A DNA stretch of 63,841 bases, the filler included, from an uncultured Methanosarcinales archaeon (GTDB lineage Archaea > Nanobdellota > Nanobdellia > Woesearchaeales > CAYSVS01), in assembly GCA_964434475.1 (NCBI GenBank). It is 3 parts of 3 records of this genome, joined end to end, with 100 filler letters (N's around TTAATTAATTAA, not from the genome) between each part and the next. Parts side by side here need not be neighbours in the genome. Positions count along the whole stretch, not along the records: positions 1 to 30,792 come from CAYSVS010000011.1; 2 more parts are not named here. The stretch is one strand, 5' to 3'. The number at the start of each line of letters is the position of its first letter. Position 1 is the first letter of the stretch. The notes beneath the pieces were generated by a model. It searched no databases and was not told where the DNA came from. It saw only the letters and a list, made by a program, of their open reading frames with translations. Shown in pieces: positions 1-9,468 of the stretch. The translations under genes were made by a program, and so were the position numbers.

Positions 1-134
1 ATTCTCTTTTCTTTTTTTTATTCCTGTATCTGAATTATTTTTTTTCTCCTTTTCGGCTAGTAAATGTTTTACAAATACAATCATAAATGCAATTGCCGAT
101 ATCATTATTCCTATATAAAATATTATTTTTGGGT

Positions 135-461
135 TCATATTGAACTAATTGAATACATTTTTATTAATATCGTGCGAAATGCTCCATATATAATTAATAC
201 ACTAAACCAGGCTATAATTGACCTTTTAATATCATTTTCAAAAACCATATCTCTTACAATTACCAAAACCCCAATAAATAAAAATGCAATTACAACATAA
301 TCAACTATTTTTATCATTCTTCCTATATTATCTGACATTTGTTCTTCAACTCCATATTTAAATCCTGGCTTTGATGACGTTTGAGCATACATTTTTGGAC
401 ATTCATCAAAAAATAAGAGAGTTATAACTAAAACAATTATATATTTATACCTTTGTTTCAT
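135..461 (-). CDS. Pilin-like conjugation protein (TraE/VirB2, DUF4134-like)
   Basis: 108 aa; signal peptide ending MYAQ, two hydrophobic helices separated by DIKRSIIAWF. Confidence 0.45.
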   Translation of the reverse strand: MKQRYKYIIVLVITLLFFDECPKMYAQTSSKPGFKYGVEEQMSDNIGRMIKIVDYVVIAFLFIGVLVIVRDMVFENDIKRSIIAWFSVLIIYGAFRTILIKMYSISSI

Positions 462-620
462 TCTTTTAAGACTTTTCGAATATTATTTTTTTTACGACAA
501 TTATAATCATTTTTTATTTACCCGACAAAAATTCCCTATTTTTATTTTTTTCTATATCCATTTTTTCTATACTTTCGCAGTGCAATTTTTTCTATTGTGT
601 AACGTTTAGTAACTATTTAT

Positions 621-884
621 ATGGAAAATAAAAATATGTTTTTTAGTTATAAAGGAGCTCTATTATTATTAAATCAACATTTACTCGATCAAGATAATTT
701 AGCCGAATTTTGTCGCCAACATAACCTAAGCTATAAAGCTGTAAGTGCAATCAAAAATTTAAATTCTAAAAAAAAATACCCTTTTATTTGTCTTAAACTT
801 TTAAAAATTTTTAATTATAATGTATCTTTAGAAAAATTATTTATTGTTAAATCAAATATCGCAAATCATGGAAACACAAACTAA
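621..884 (+). CDS. Small HTH-like DNA-binding protein
   Basis: LAEFCRQHNLSYKAVSAI resembles a helix-turn-helix. Confidence 0.45.
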   Translation: MENKNMFFSYKGALLLLNQHLLDQDNLAEFCRQHNLSYKAVSAIKNLNSKKKYPFICLKLLKIFNYNVSLEKLFIVKSNIANHGNTN

Positions 885-2610
885 AAACAACTTTCGTCAA
901 CAATTAATTGATATCGAAGATGTTCCTAAATCTATCTATGGTGTTCAACTTTCTGAATCTGATCGAAACCGCCTATCGTATGGTGAATATACTTCTTTGC
1001 TTGAAGATTTATATTTAGATAATGGTTCAGTTAAAGATGGTAAAGTAAAACTTTCTAAAAATAAAAATGGTGAATTGGAGTTTGGCTTTATTTTTCGCAA
1101 TGATCAATTAGAAATTCCTACTGAACTTTTTGGTAAAAAACTTACCAATGAACAAATTGAAAAATTAGACAATGGAAAAACCGTTGCCTTTAAAGATAAC
1201 TTTAACAATGATGTTTTCTTAAAAGTGGATAATGATTTAAACCGGGTTGTTGTTTCTACTTCAAAACAAATCGGCATACCTAATTCAATTGGTAATTATG
1301 AATTATCTCCACTTGAAAAAGAATCCCTGGCCAATAATAAAGAACTAAAAACCCATGTTTTTTTAAGTGAAAACGGTGCTTTTTTAGCCAATGTTTCTTT
1401 AACTGATAACAAAAATGGCATTATCTTTTCAAACATTAAAGCCATTGAAAATAACCAGGTAAGCGATCTTATTGATAAATACAATTCTCCGGATCCATCC
1501 AAACGCATGAAAGTTACACTCGATGATGTTGCTCAGGTTGGTTCAAATGCAATTACCAATAATGATATTCGTAATGAAATTAATGAAATTAATGAATACG
1601 TTAATGATACTAAAACCTTTTCTCAAACTGACATTCAATTAATTTCTAATAAAATTGTCCTTGTTGACCAACAATTAAAAAATCTCTATAATTCAAATGA
1701 TAATTTTTCTTCCGATTTGAAAAATAATTTTTATGATTCAATTAATACCGCTTATACAAAAAGCGGACATGATTTTTTTAAAAATGCTTCCATTTTTAAT
1801 GAACCTAAAAAAGAAAATATTTCTACTCCGCAAAGCGCAACTAACTCATTTTTTATTGTTTCATCGAATCAATCACTCAAAAATAAAACCATCAATAATT
1901 TTGCATCACTTCGTGATGCTCAAAACTTTATTGGTGGTTTTGATGCTCAAAATAAAGATTCTAAAAACAGTCTTTTTATTTTAGAAGCCAAAGACAAAGA
2001 ATTTCATAACGCAATAGCAAATAAGGATTTCAATAAACTTTATAATCTTTCTGAACAAGGCCATAAACCGAGTTCACATTTTGAAAAGTTTATTCACGAA
2101 TCGCCAAACCTTTCCAATGATGAAAAAATTAGTGTTCAAACGATTTTAGGATTTGACTCTGAGCATATTAACGCTATGCAAAAACAGGAACCTAAAACTG
2201 AAAATAATATTACTGCAGAGCATTTTTCTAATAAATATAATACTAAAGATGTTACGCATTCGCCTGATAATAAAGAGTATGATAAATTTTTAATTAAAGA
2301 AACCGATGATAATTTTTATAAGATAACGGCTACGTATAAAAATGGCTCGGAAAATTCAATTATCGTTGATAAAAATGAGAAGCAATTTATCGAAAATAAA
2401 GGCGTTGCGCATTATTATAAATCTTATCAGCTTGATAAAAATAACACAAAAGAAAAAGGTTTAGATAATGCAAAACTAGGCGAAGTAAAAAATGAAAAAA
2501 CAAAACAGATAAAGAAAAATCCTGAGAAACCAAAAAAAGCCAATGATGCTGTAAAAAAAGCAGGACACGGAATTGAAAAATTAGGAAATCAACTGGCTAG
2601 GGATATGTAA
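844..2610 (+). CDS. DUF4099/DUF3945-like conjugative element protein
   Basis: Repeated 'IP.e..G..L...q...L..G' units (IPTELFGKKLTNEQIEKLDNGK; IPNSIGNYELSPLEKESLANNK) and a Lys-rich tail; start may be ATG 868. Confidence 0.6.
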   Translation: MLNQISQIMETQTKNNFRQQLIDIEDVPKSIYGVQLSESDRNRLSYGEYTSLLEDLYLDNGSVKDGKVKLSKNKNGELEFGFIFRNDQLEIPTELFGKKLTNEQIEKLDNGKTVAFKDNFNNDVFLKVDNDLNRVVVSTSKQIGIPNSIGNYELSPLEKESLANNKELKTHVFLSENGAFLANVSLTDNKNGIIFSNIKAIENNQVSDLIDKYNSPDPSKRMKVTLDDVAQVGSNAITNNDIRNEINEINEYVNDTKTFSQTDIQLISNKIVLVDQQLKNLYNSNDNFSSDLKNNFYDSINTAYTKSGHDFFKNASIFNEPKKENISTPQSATNSFFIVSSNQSLKNKTINNFASLRDAQNFIGGFDAQNKDSKNSLFILEAKDKEFHNAIANKDFNKLYNLSEQGHKPSSHFEKFIHESPNLSNDEKISVQTILGFDSEHINAMQKQEPKTENNITAEHFSNKYNTKDVTHSPDNKEYDKFLIKETDDNFYKITATYKNGSENSIIVDKNEKQFIENKGVAHYYKSYQLDKNNTKEKGLDNAKLGEVKNEKTKQIKKNPEKPKKANDAVKKAGHGIEKLGNQLARDM

Positions 2611-2721
2611 TTTCTTTTTAACCTATTTTTTCAACCATTAAACAATAAATTTAAACTTTAATCTATTTTGAAAAAACAGGCACGCATTGAAAATAACTAT
2701 TATCTTTTTAAATTACAAGGT

Positions 2722-2751
2722 AAAAAAGGGAGCTAACCGCTCCTTTTTTTT
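2722..2751 (+). terminator. Intrinsic terminator
   Basis: GGAGC-TAACC-GCTCC stem followed by T-run. Confidence 0.6.
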
Positions 2752-3039
2752 ATTTATTAAAACAAATTTAAAAAGGATAATACGTTATGTTTCTTGGCTA
2801 TTCACACCTATAAAAAATAATAATAATCATTTTTTTTTAAAAACTCTTTTTTTATCCAAACTTTATATAATAATTTTTTATCAAAATTTTCTTTAAATAC
2901 TTTCTTTTTAATTAATCTCGCTGTATTTTTATCGTGCGATAAATTATTTAAAGGTTTAACTATCTTTAAATTGATAACCGGGTTTAAATTCATGTTTCCA
3001 TGATACCCGGTTATCTTATTTTAATTATTTTTTTATTTT

Positions 3040-3070
3040 TTTGCAATAGTATATTTTTTACTATATTTGT
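3040..3070 (+). promoter_or_regulatory. Bacteroidota sigma-A promoter with overlapping palindromic operator
   Basis: TTTG (3040) and TATATTTG (3062-3069); 3047-3070 is 22/24 identical to 5651-5674. Confidence 0.6.
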
Positions 3071-3073
3071 GTT

Positions 3074-3427
3074 ATGAAAGCACAAAAAAATCTTAATGTT
3101 TTTAAAGTCATTTTAAATATACCCGTTGATATTAAAGAATTTTTCAATAACAATAAAAATTTTAATTCCTTTATCAAAAAAGTATTTTTATATTACATTA
3201 CAAATCCTTCCTTGATTCAATACAATCCTGATAATATTTTTTCTCTTGAAAACAGTATATCTGAAACCGATAATTTTTCTTTTTATTTAAATAAAAAAAT
3301 AAAACCAGAATTAAATAACCTAGCATCTTCTAATTTAAGAAGCAATACAAGTCAAAGCAAATTGATTTTATATATCATATATTTAAACCTTAACAAAAAC
3401 GCTAATTATTACCATTTTTTATTATAA
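3074..3427 (+). CDS. Hypothetical protein upstream of rep, possible copy-number/transcription regulator
   Basis: 117 aa ORF between the promoter and rep; C-terminal FSFYLNKKIKPELNNLASSNLRSNTSQSKLIL is RHH-like. Confidence 0.45.
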   Translation: MKAQKNLNVFKVILNIPVDIKEFFNNNKNFNSFIKKVFLYYITNPSLIQYNPDNIFSLENSISETDNFSFYLNKKIKPELNNLASSNLRSNTSQSKLILYIIYLNLNKNANYYHFLL

Positions 3428-3448
3428 ACCTTTAAAATTTATCGTGCC

Positions 3449-4828
3449 ATGAGTGAAGTTATTAAATTACAAAACAGCGATCATACCATAAGATATGATA
3501 CAGAACTTGCTTTTAATGCACTGGCTTTTAAAAAATCATTTAGTTATGATGCATCTTTAATTCTTTCAACCCTGTATTACATTGCTTATAAATATCAACA
3601 TTGTGAATTTAATTATCACTTTATAAATAATAATTTACAGTCTAAAGTTATTCAAACAACAATTGATTTTTTAGACAAAGAAAATTTTAGAATGATTCTA
3701 ATTGATGCTTCGGAATTAAGCAGACTACTAAATATTAAAAGATCAAATTTACTGGCCAATCATCCTTTCCCACAATATTTAATTGATGAATTTTCTGACC
3801 TGGACTTTAAATATAAAAATCTTGAAACCTTTGAAATTAAAAAACTTTATGAATTTATATGTAATACTTCATTCTATGGCCAAAAAAATACATTGAAAAC
3901 CAACCAGGAAAAAGCAGATACTTATCTTAAGAAAAATAAAGAAAAAACAAAGCACAGAAGAAAAGAGAAAAGTATTCTTTTAAATATCGCCCAGGAATCG
4001 TTAATTAATCTTTATAAAGATAAATATACATCCCTGTATGGTAAAAACAGGGTTCATTATAATTCTTATTTAGATAACGCCCTGTATAAAGCTGCCAATT
4101 ATAAATTAAGATTTTTAAACCATACGGAAAAATCAAATTATCATATTGGAGCCACCGGTGGAACCGAACTTTTTAAATCTTTTGAAAAATTCGTTGATAA
4201 AAAAAATAACAATAAAATTTTCTATATTATACATATTACCAAATCTTTTGAAAAAAATCTTAACCGCTATTTTACCATTAAAAATATTTCAATTATTAAT
4301 CAACTTAAAAAACATAATATAGAAATTCTAAGTGATTATGTTCGATCTTCTTATTCCATTGCAATAAGTCATAAGCAAAAGCATTTTTATTCATCATTTA
4401 ACACTTTAAAAGATGTTTTGGGAGTTAATATTCAAAAAGCATCTGATGTAAAATTTAGAATCAATGAATATTTTAAAAAACTAAATGAAATTGATAATAT
4501 CTCCGTAGAGCTTCGATGGATTAAAAAAGATAATCAAAAATACACTTATACTCCGGTACTTCATTTTGACCTGGAGAAAAACAAACACCTTAATAATTAC
4601 GATAACCGAAATAAGGCTTTTGTAAATGAATTAAGACACCTGTTAATTGAATACTTTACGTCAACGTATAAAGACAAAAATCAAAATGAATTTGAACAAT
4701 GGCTGATCAGTAAAGAAAATTATCAATATAAAATTAAAACATTCGATACTCTTTTTGCGCAATACTACCCTAAAACCAAAGAATCCAAAAAAGATTTTTT
4801 CAAAAAACAATTCTTTGGATTTAATTAA
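3449..4828 (+). CDS. Plasmid replication initiator (Rep_3-like)
   Basis: 459 aa; SFNTLKDVLGV...DVKFRINEYFKKLNEI resembles the Rep_3 C-terminal winged helix; followed directly by iterons. Confidence 0.7.
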   Translation: MSEVIKLQNSDHTIRYDTELAFNALAFKKSFSYDASLILSTLYYIAYKYQHCEFNYHFINNNLQSKVIQTTIDFLDKENFRMILIDASELSRLLNIKRSNLLANHPFPQYLIDEFSDLDFKYKNLETFEIKKLYEFICNTSFYGQKNTLKTNQEKADTYLKKNKEKTKHRRKEKSILLNIAQESLINLYKDKYTSLYGKNRVHYNSYLDNALYKAANYKLRFLNHTEKSNYHIGATGGTELFKSFEKFVDKKNNNKIFYIIHITKSFEKNLNRYFTIKNISIINQLKKHNIEILSDYVRSSYSIAISHKQKHFYSSFNTLKDVLGVNIQKASDVKFRINEYFKKLNEIDNISVELRWIKKDNQKYTYTPVLHFDLEKNKHLNNYDNRNKAFVNELRHLLIEYFTSTYKDKNQNEFEQWLISKENYQYKIKTFDTLFAQYYPKTKESKKDFFKKQFFGFN

Positions 4829-4848
4829 TTAACCCCAAAATCATTTTT

Positions 4849-4877
4849 AAAAAGGACCGTAAAAGCGGTCTTTTTTT
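4849..4877 (+). terminator. Intrinsic terminator after rep
   Basis: GACCG-TAAAAG-CGGTC followed by T7. Confidence 0.65.
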
Positions 4878-4897
4878 ATTTAAATACAATTTTCGGT

Positions 4898-5257
4898 TAT
4901 ATAAAACCATAGTGAATATTCCTTTTTTACTCCATCAAAATATAATAAATAACAAATCCGGTTATATAAAACAGTAGTGAATACACTCTTTTAGATATAT
5001 AAAACCGTAGTGAATACTCATTGAGCTATATAAAACCGTAGTGAATAGTAAAGTCAGTTATATAAAACCGTAGTGAATAGCAAAATCGGTTATATAAAAC
5101 CGTAGTGAATACTTATTGAGCTATATAAAACCATAGTGAATAAGCTATGTTTTTTAATCGGTTATATAAAACAGTAGTGAATACAAAAATATGAAATCAA
5201 GCTATCTTATTTAATATTAAATACATAACAAAAATCCGGTTATATAAAACAGTAGTA
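4898..5257 (+). repeat. Iteron array / replication origin
   Basis: Nine copies of TATATAAAAC(C/A)(G/A)TAGTGAATA starting at 4898, 4963, 4996, 5027, 5059, 5091, 5122, 5163, 5241 (last partial); central copies 31-33 bp apart (three helical turns). Confidence 0.85.
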
Positions 5258-5642
5258 CAAATTAAGAAGAGTTTAAGAATAATACTTATTAAGAAAGAAC
5301 TACAGTTTTATATAACGCAAGCTGCTATCCATTATCAACTTTAAAAAAAATAAATAAAAGGTATCTCCGATGGTTTTATACAAAACAAATTTTGATTTAT
5401 TAATGCAAAACAAGTTTTGCAAGATATAAAAATTAAATCTTTTATTAAAAATATAATCATTATATGGTATCAATACATACGTATTGATGATTTAAGCATA
5501 AAAATCTTATAAAAATTAAATCTTCTTTTTAAATACCTCCATTAATAAGATTTTATATGCAAGCCGAAAGGTAAAAAAAATTGGGTGGCGATTTTTTGTT
5601 AATAACTTAGTGAATATTATTGTTTATTTTTCGCTTTTTTTC

Positions 5643-5674
5643 TTGCCTGGTAGTATAATTTATACTATATTTGT
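5643..5674 (+). promoter_or_regulatory. Bacteroidota promoter of the ardC operon
   Basis: TTG at 5643 and TATATTTG at 5666-5673, with palindrome TAGTATAA-T-TTATACTA. Confidence 0.6.
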
Positions 5675-5679
5675 TTTAG

Positions 5680-5900
5680 AAACAATCGGGAATTGTACCG
5701 ATTTTGTTCTTTGACTTCTTGTTTTGCGTGTAACCCTTTGAAACTTAGGTTTGTAGGTCAATGACAGAGCAAACGGGCATTAACAATAAGTCCAAATTGG
5801 CGGGAACAGAAACCGTTCGATTTGCTTTGACTGTTAACAGAGTTGGCAGCTGAAAAATGTTAAACTGGACAAAAGGCGGTTTCAATTGCGTAAGGTTATT
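5680..5900 (+). ncRNA. Putative structured leader RNA with boxA-like motif
   Basis: GC-richer non-coding island; AATCGG/CCGATT hairpin followed by TTGTTCTTTGAC (5704-5715). Confidence 0.4.
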
Positions 5901-5935
5901 TTTTATTTTATATGTATCTAATTATCAACGTTTTA

Positions 5936-5951
5936 CGTTTCACGTGGAACG
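5936..5951. promoter_or_regulatory. parS-like palindrome
   Basis: CGTTTCACGTGGAACG versus the chromosomal parS consensus TGTTNCACGTGAAACA. Confidence 0.5.
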
Positions 5952-6085
5952 TTTTTATATTATTTATTTTAACTTTTTATGATCATATTAGAAAATCAGA
6001 TTTTTACAGATTTTAAAATTTATTATAAATCAGAAAATCAATTAACTTTTATTTTTTATTAAAACCTTTAAAAAAATTTATCGCC

Positions 6086-7069
6086 ATGAAAAAGAAAGAG
6101 AAAAAAGAAAAAAAAGATTTTTACCAGGAAACAACAAACCAAATTATTCATATTTTAGAAAATCACTTAGAAAGTGATAAAATTAGTTACTGGCTGCCCC
6201 CCCTTGAACCTTTTGCTAATAATCCACATTCAAATACTATTTATCAAATGTTTAATCAGCTGCTTTTATCTTTTTATTATCAATCACCTTTTACAGATTA
6301 TAAATTAAACAGGTGGATGACTTTTAAACAGGCGAGCGAACTGGATGCAAAAGTTAAAAAAGGTTCAAAATCTAAACAAATTTATTTTACAAATTATATT
6401 TTTTTAGAAGCGGAAACAGGTTATAATAAAACTCAGTTTTTTAAAAAACTGACTAAAAAAGAACAACAAGAAAAACTAAAAAATAACGAATTTAAAGCCG
6501 TGCCTTTTTTACGTCGTTACTCTGTTTTTAATATTGATGATATTGAAAATTTGCCTGAAAACTTTTATCAATTGCCGGAGCGCAATGTTTTAAAAGGAGA
6601 AAAAAACGAAATTGCGGAGAACATTATTAAAAATATTTCTGCTAATATTTCGTATAAAATGGTAAACAAAGCAGCCAATTATCGAGATATGAATAAAATT
6701 GTTTTACCACCTCGCAAAGACTTTGAAGATGTTGAAACTTTTTATTCAACTGTATTCCATGAGTTAACACATTGGACAGGAGATAAAGCAAGACTTGACC
6801 GAGAAAAAAAGAATTTTAAAGACGATATTAAAAAATACGCTTTTGAAGAATTAATCGCCGAACTTGGCGCAGCTTATTTGTGCGCTTATTGCGGAATTGC
6901 TAAGCCAATAACGGATAACGCCAGTTATATTAAAAATTGGTTACAGGCTTTGAACGATGATAAAAAATTCATTTTAAAAGCTGCCGCAAAAGCTGAACAA
7001 GCAGCTAAATTTATTTTGCTTGATTCTAAAATTATCGATTATTCTGTAAAAGACAAAAATATAAAATAG
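6086..7069 (+). CDS. ardC: ArdC-family antirestriction ssDNA-binding protein (DUF1738 + metallopeptidase-like domain)
   Basis: RWMTFKQA..L...VKKGSK, YSVFN, FHELTHWTG..RLDR, YAFEELIAELGAAYLC, ASYIKNWL. Confidence 0.92.
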   Translation: MKKKEKKEKKDFYQETTNQIIHILENHLESDKISYWLPPLEPFANNPHSNTIYQMFNQLLLSFYYQSPFTDYKLNRWMTFKQASELDAKVKKGSKSKQIYFTNYIFLEAETGYNKTQFFKKLTKKEQQEKLKNNEFKAVPFLRRYSVFNIDDIENLPENFYQLPERNVLKGEKNEIAENIIKNISANISYKMVNKAANYRDMNKIVLPPRKDFEDVETFYSTVFHELTHWTGDKARLDREKKNFKDDIKKYAFEELIAELGAAYLCAYCGIAKPITDNASYIKNWLQALNDDKKFILKAAAKAEQAAKFILLDSKIIDYSVKDKNIK

Positions 7070-7107
7070 CCTTTCTTTTGTTTTTTTGTTTTTCTTTTTT
7101 TTAGGTT

Positions 7108-7144
7108 TAGAAACCGGACCCGGAGAAATCCGGGACGGTTTCTA
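7108..7144. repeat. Intergenic hairpin family, copy 1
   Basis: TAGAAACCG-GA-CCCGGA-GAAA-TCCGGG-A-CGGTTTCTA. Confidence 0.7.
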
Positions 7145-7173
7145 TTTTAATTTTAATATAATTTTTTAACGTT

Positions 7174-7368
7174 ATGAATGATTTAACTTTTCAAGAAAAA
7201 TTTTATATCGCTGCTTTTATTGAGCAGTTTAAAGATTTAGAAATAAATAACAATGATGAATTGAAAAGTATTAAGCGTATTAATGTTTTGATGAATAAAA
7301 AACAACTTGATGCCTTGAAAAAATTTAATTCTATTGTTGATAAAGAAATAAATAAGCTGAAAATTTAA
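7174..7368 (+). CDS. Hypothetical protein
   Basis: 64 aa ORF in co-oriented operon. Confidence 0.55.
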   Translation: MNDLTFQEKFYIAAFIEQFKDLEINNNDELKSIKRINVLMNKKQLDALKKFNSIVDKEINKLKI

Positions 7369-7375
7369 TTAAATA

Positions 7376-7418
7376 CCTGCCTGATTTTTAAATTTCAGGC
7401 GGGTTTCTTTTCTTTTTT
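7376..7418 (+). terminator. Intrinsic terminator
   Basis: CCTGCCTGA...TCAGGCGGG followed by T-rich tract. Confidence 0.55.
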
Positions 7419-7515
7419 AGTTTTCTTTTTTTCTCCTTTTCGGCTGTATTGCCAAAAAAGAAAAGAAACAAAAGAAAAATATTTTATTATTCTGCATTTT
7501 AAAATCTTAAATTTT

Positions 7516-7737
7516 ATGAATCGCTACTCTAAAACAATTAGTAATTCTTCAAGACCGGTAATTGATAATTTAAAAAATAAATTTCGGTTTACTTCTAATC
7601 CCTTTGATGGTAATGGATATCCTTTTAAACAGGCAATTAGTGAATTAAGAAAAGAAGGAATACCTATTGTTTATGATAAAAATATGTGTAGATATTATAA
7701 TAAAAACACTGTTTCTAAAAATTGGAATTATGGATAA
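7516..7737 (+). CDS. Hypothetical protein
   Basis: 73 aa ORF in co-oriented operon. Confidence 0.55.
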   Translation: MNRYSKTISNSSRPVIDNLKNKFRFTSNPFDGNGYPFKQAISELRKEGIPIVYDKNMCRYYNKNTVSKNWNYG

Positions 7738-8062
7738 TCAACTTTCTTTATTTAATGCTCATTTTAAAAATGAAGCAGAAATAAACTATATCAACAATGT
7801 TGTTAATTGTTGGAATGTTATTTTCAGTGGTTGGCGACCTGAATTAAATAAATTTTGCTCACTGAGAAATCTTACTAATTACTGTATTGATGAAAAAAAA
7901 GAGATTTACAGTTATAGTGAACATTGTAAAATTATTAAAATCGAAAACGATATTTTAACCGTTGTAGTTAGTTCTCATTTAAAAGATTATTACAAAAACG
8001 GATTGCGGTTTTTAGTTAATTATTATGATGTTGACCCTTCTTATTCAGATTATTGTTCATAG
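7730..8062 (+). CDS. Hypothetical protein
   Basis: Likely start MDNQLSLF overlapping the previous stop. Confidence 0.5.
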   Translation: MDNQLSLFNAHFKNEAEINYINNVVNCWNVIFSGWRPELNKFCSLRNLTNYCIDEKKEIYSYSEHCKIIKIENDILTVVVSSHLKDYYKNGLRFLVNYYDVDPSYSDYCS

Positions 8063-8069
8063 CGATAAT

Positions 8070-8107
8070 AAAGAAACCGGCCCGGAATTTTCCGGTGCGG
8101 TTTCTTT
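8070..8107. repeat. Intergenic hairpin family, copy 2
   Basis: AAAGAAACCG-GC-CCGGAA-TT-TTCCGG-TG-CGGTTTCTTT. Confidence 0.7.
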
Positions 8108-8156
8108 TATATTTTATTAATTATTAATTTTATAAAACCTTAAAAATATATTTGTC

Positions 8157-8396
8157 ATGGAAAGATTAGAATTATTTATCGATAAATTAAGAAATGCCGG
8201 TTATAGCGTATCAACAAATTGGGAAGTAAAAATAAATGGTGGTAAAATACAAAGCTGTTAAATATGTGGAAATATCGGTTCTGTGAATGTACTATTTCAT
8301 ATTTATTCAGGTAATAATGGATATGAAACGTATGTTCAATCAAAAGGAAATACTTTTGAAAAAGATTTTGAATTGTTACGTGGAATTATTGACTAA
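8157..8396 (+). pseudogene. Small gene interrupted by in-frame TAA
   Basis: MERLELFIDK...KIQSC*ICGNIGSV...LRGIID*; single TAA at 8259-8261, frame stays open for 44 more codons and fills the intergenic gap. Confidence 0.55.
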
Positions 8397-8408
8397 AAAA
8401 CTACAATT

Positions 8409-8927
8409 ATGCAAACAATTATAACTAAAGATTTAAAACAGTATAAACCTGTAACGGGTGGCAGAAATGGTTATCCGGTACCTGAAATTGGTATTTTTAT
8501 CTTTGCTGATTCCTTAGAAGAATTACAGCAATTACAAGAGAAATACAATATAAAAGATTTTTACGCAGCACATTGGAAAGATGGTTGGGATTTTTGTGAA
8601 AATCCTTATAAACTTTTTGTGGAACCTGAAATATGGTTTAAAAATTGCGTGCATGAAGATTTTTTTACGGTTCACGATGATATTAATAATTTTGTTAAAT
8701 ATGAAATTCTTTGGAAACTAGAAGAAGTTGAAACGGAAGAAGAAAAAGAAATCATTTTAAAAGAAGCTTCTGATTTTAAAAATTCTTATAAAGATTATGA
8801 TTTTTTTACCCTTGATCAAGATGGTAATTTTGAAGCGTTTAATTTTTCAACTTCATATCATTATGATACACATCATTACCAACTTGGTATTTTTCTTTCA
8901 AATGAAGAATATGAAATTGTTTATTAA
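8409..8927 (+). CDS. Acidic hypothetical protein (phage/plasmid type)
   Basis: 172 aa; motifs GGRNGYP and HWKDGWDF. Confidence 0.65.
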   Translation: MQTIITKDLKQYKPVTGGRNGYPVPEIGIFIFADSLEELQQLQEKYNIKDFYAAHWKDGWDFCENPYKLFVEPEIWFKNCVHEDFFTVHDDINNFVKYEILWKLEEVETEEEKEIILKEASDFKNSYKDYDFFTLDQDGNFEAFNFSTSYHYDTHHYQLGIFLSNEEYEIVY

Positions 8928-8946
8928 ATAATAATTAAATTTTAAT

Positions 8947-9201
8947 ATGATGAAAAATTCAGCATTACAATTAGCAAAACAGATCGTTAACGATAATAAA
9001 AGTTTTATCGATGGTAACATCGCAGAATACATGATTAAACAACTTGATGCAGATGAAAACAATTTCTATCTATATTTAACAGATGAAGAAATTGAAGAAA
9101 TGAATAACAATCCTACAAGGTGGCACGAACTTGGCGAAGAAGTATATACAATGCTTCGTGATAATTTCGATTTTGACATCGAAGAATTTGAATACTATTA
9201 A
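8947..9201 (+). CDS. Small acidic hypothetical protein
   Basis: 84 aa, very D/E-rich. Confidence 0.65.
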   Translation: MMKNSALQLAKQIVNDNKSFIDGNIAEYMIKQLDADENNFYLYLTDEEIEEMNNNPTRWHELGEEVYTMLRDNFDFDIEEFEYY

Positions 9202-9212
9202 AATGTTTTTTT

Positions 9213-9249
9213 AACAAACCGGTCCTGTAAAATTTCTGGACGGTTTGTT
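9213..9249. repeat. Intergenic hairpin family, copy 3
   Basis: AACAAACCG-G-TCC...GGA-CGGTTTGTT. Confidence 0.6.
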
Positions 9250-9280
9250 TTCTTTTTTTAAACCATTAATTTTTTTAATT

Positions 9281-9454
9281 ATGAATTATTCTGATGAACA
9301 ATTAAAAGGAAAACAAGCTACTTTAAATATTCCATATTTAGGATATACTCAAATTGAATTGATTGAAAAAATTCAATATATGTGGCGGGTAAAAATTTGT
9401 GAATCCGGAAAAGAAATAGAAGTTTATCCGGATGAATTTACTATTAATGTTTAA
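9281..9454 (+). CDS. Hypothetical protein
   Basis: Likely start MNYSDEQLKG. Confidence 0.55.
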   Translation: MNYSDEQLKGKQATLNIPYLGYTQIELIEKIQYMWRVKICESGKEIEVYPDEFTINV

Positions 9455-9468
9455 AACTTATATAAACT

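Noticed and set aside
4898..5257. Repeat array as CRISPR or TIGR array
   Set aside because: Spacers are mostly 10-12 bp, partly repeated and irregular; 31-33 bp phasing next to a rep gene fits iterons
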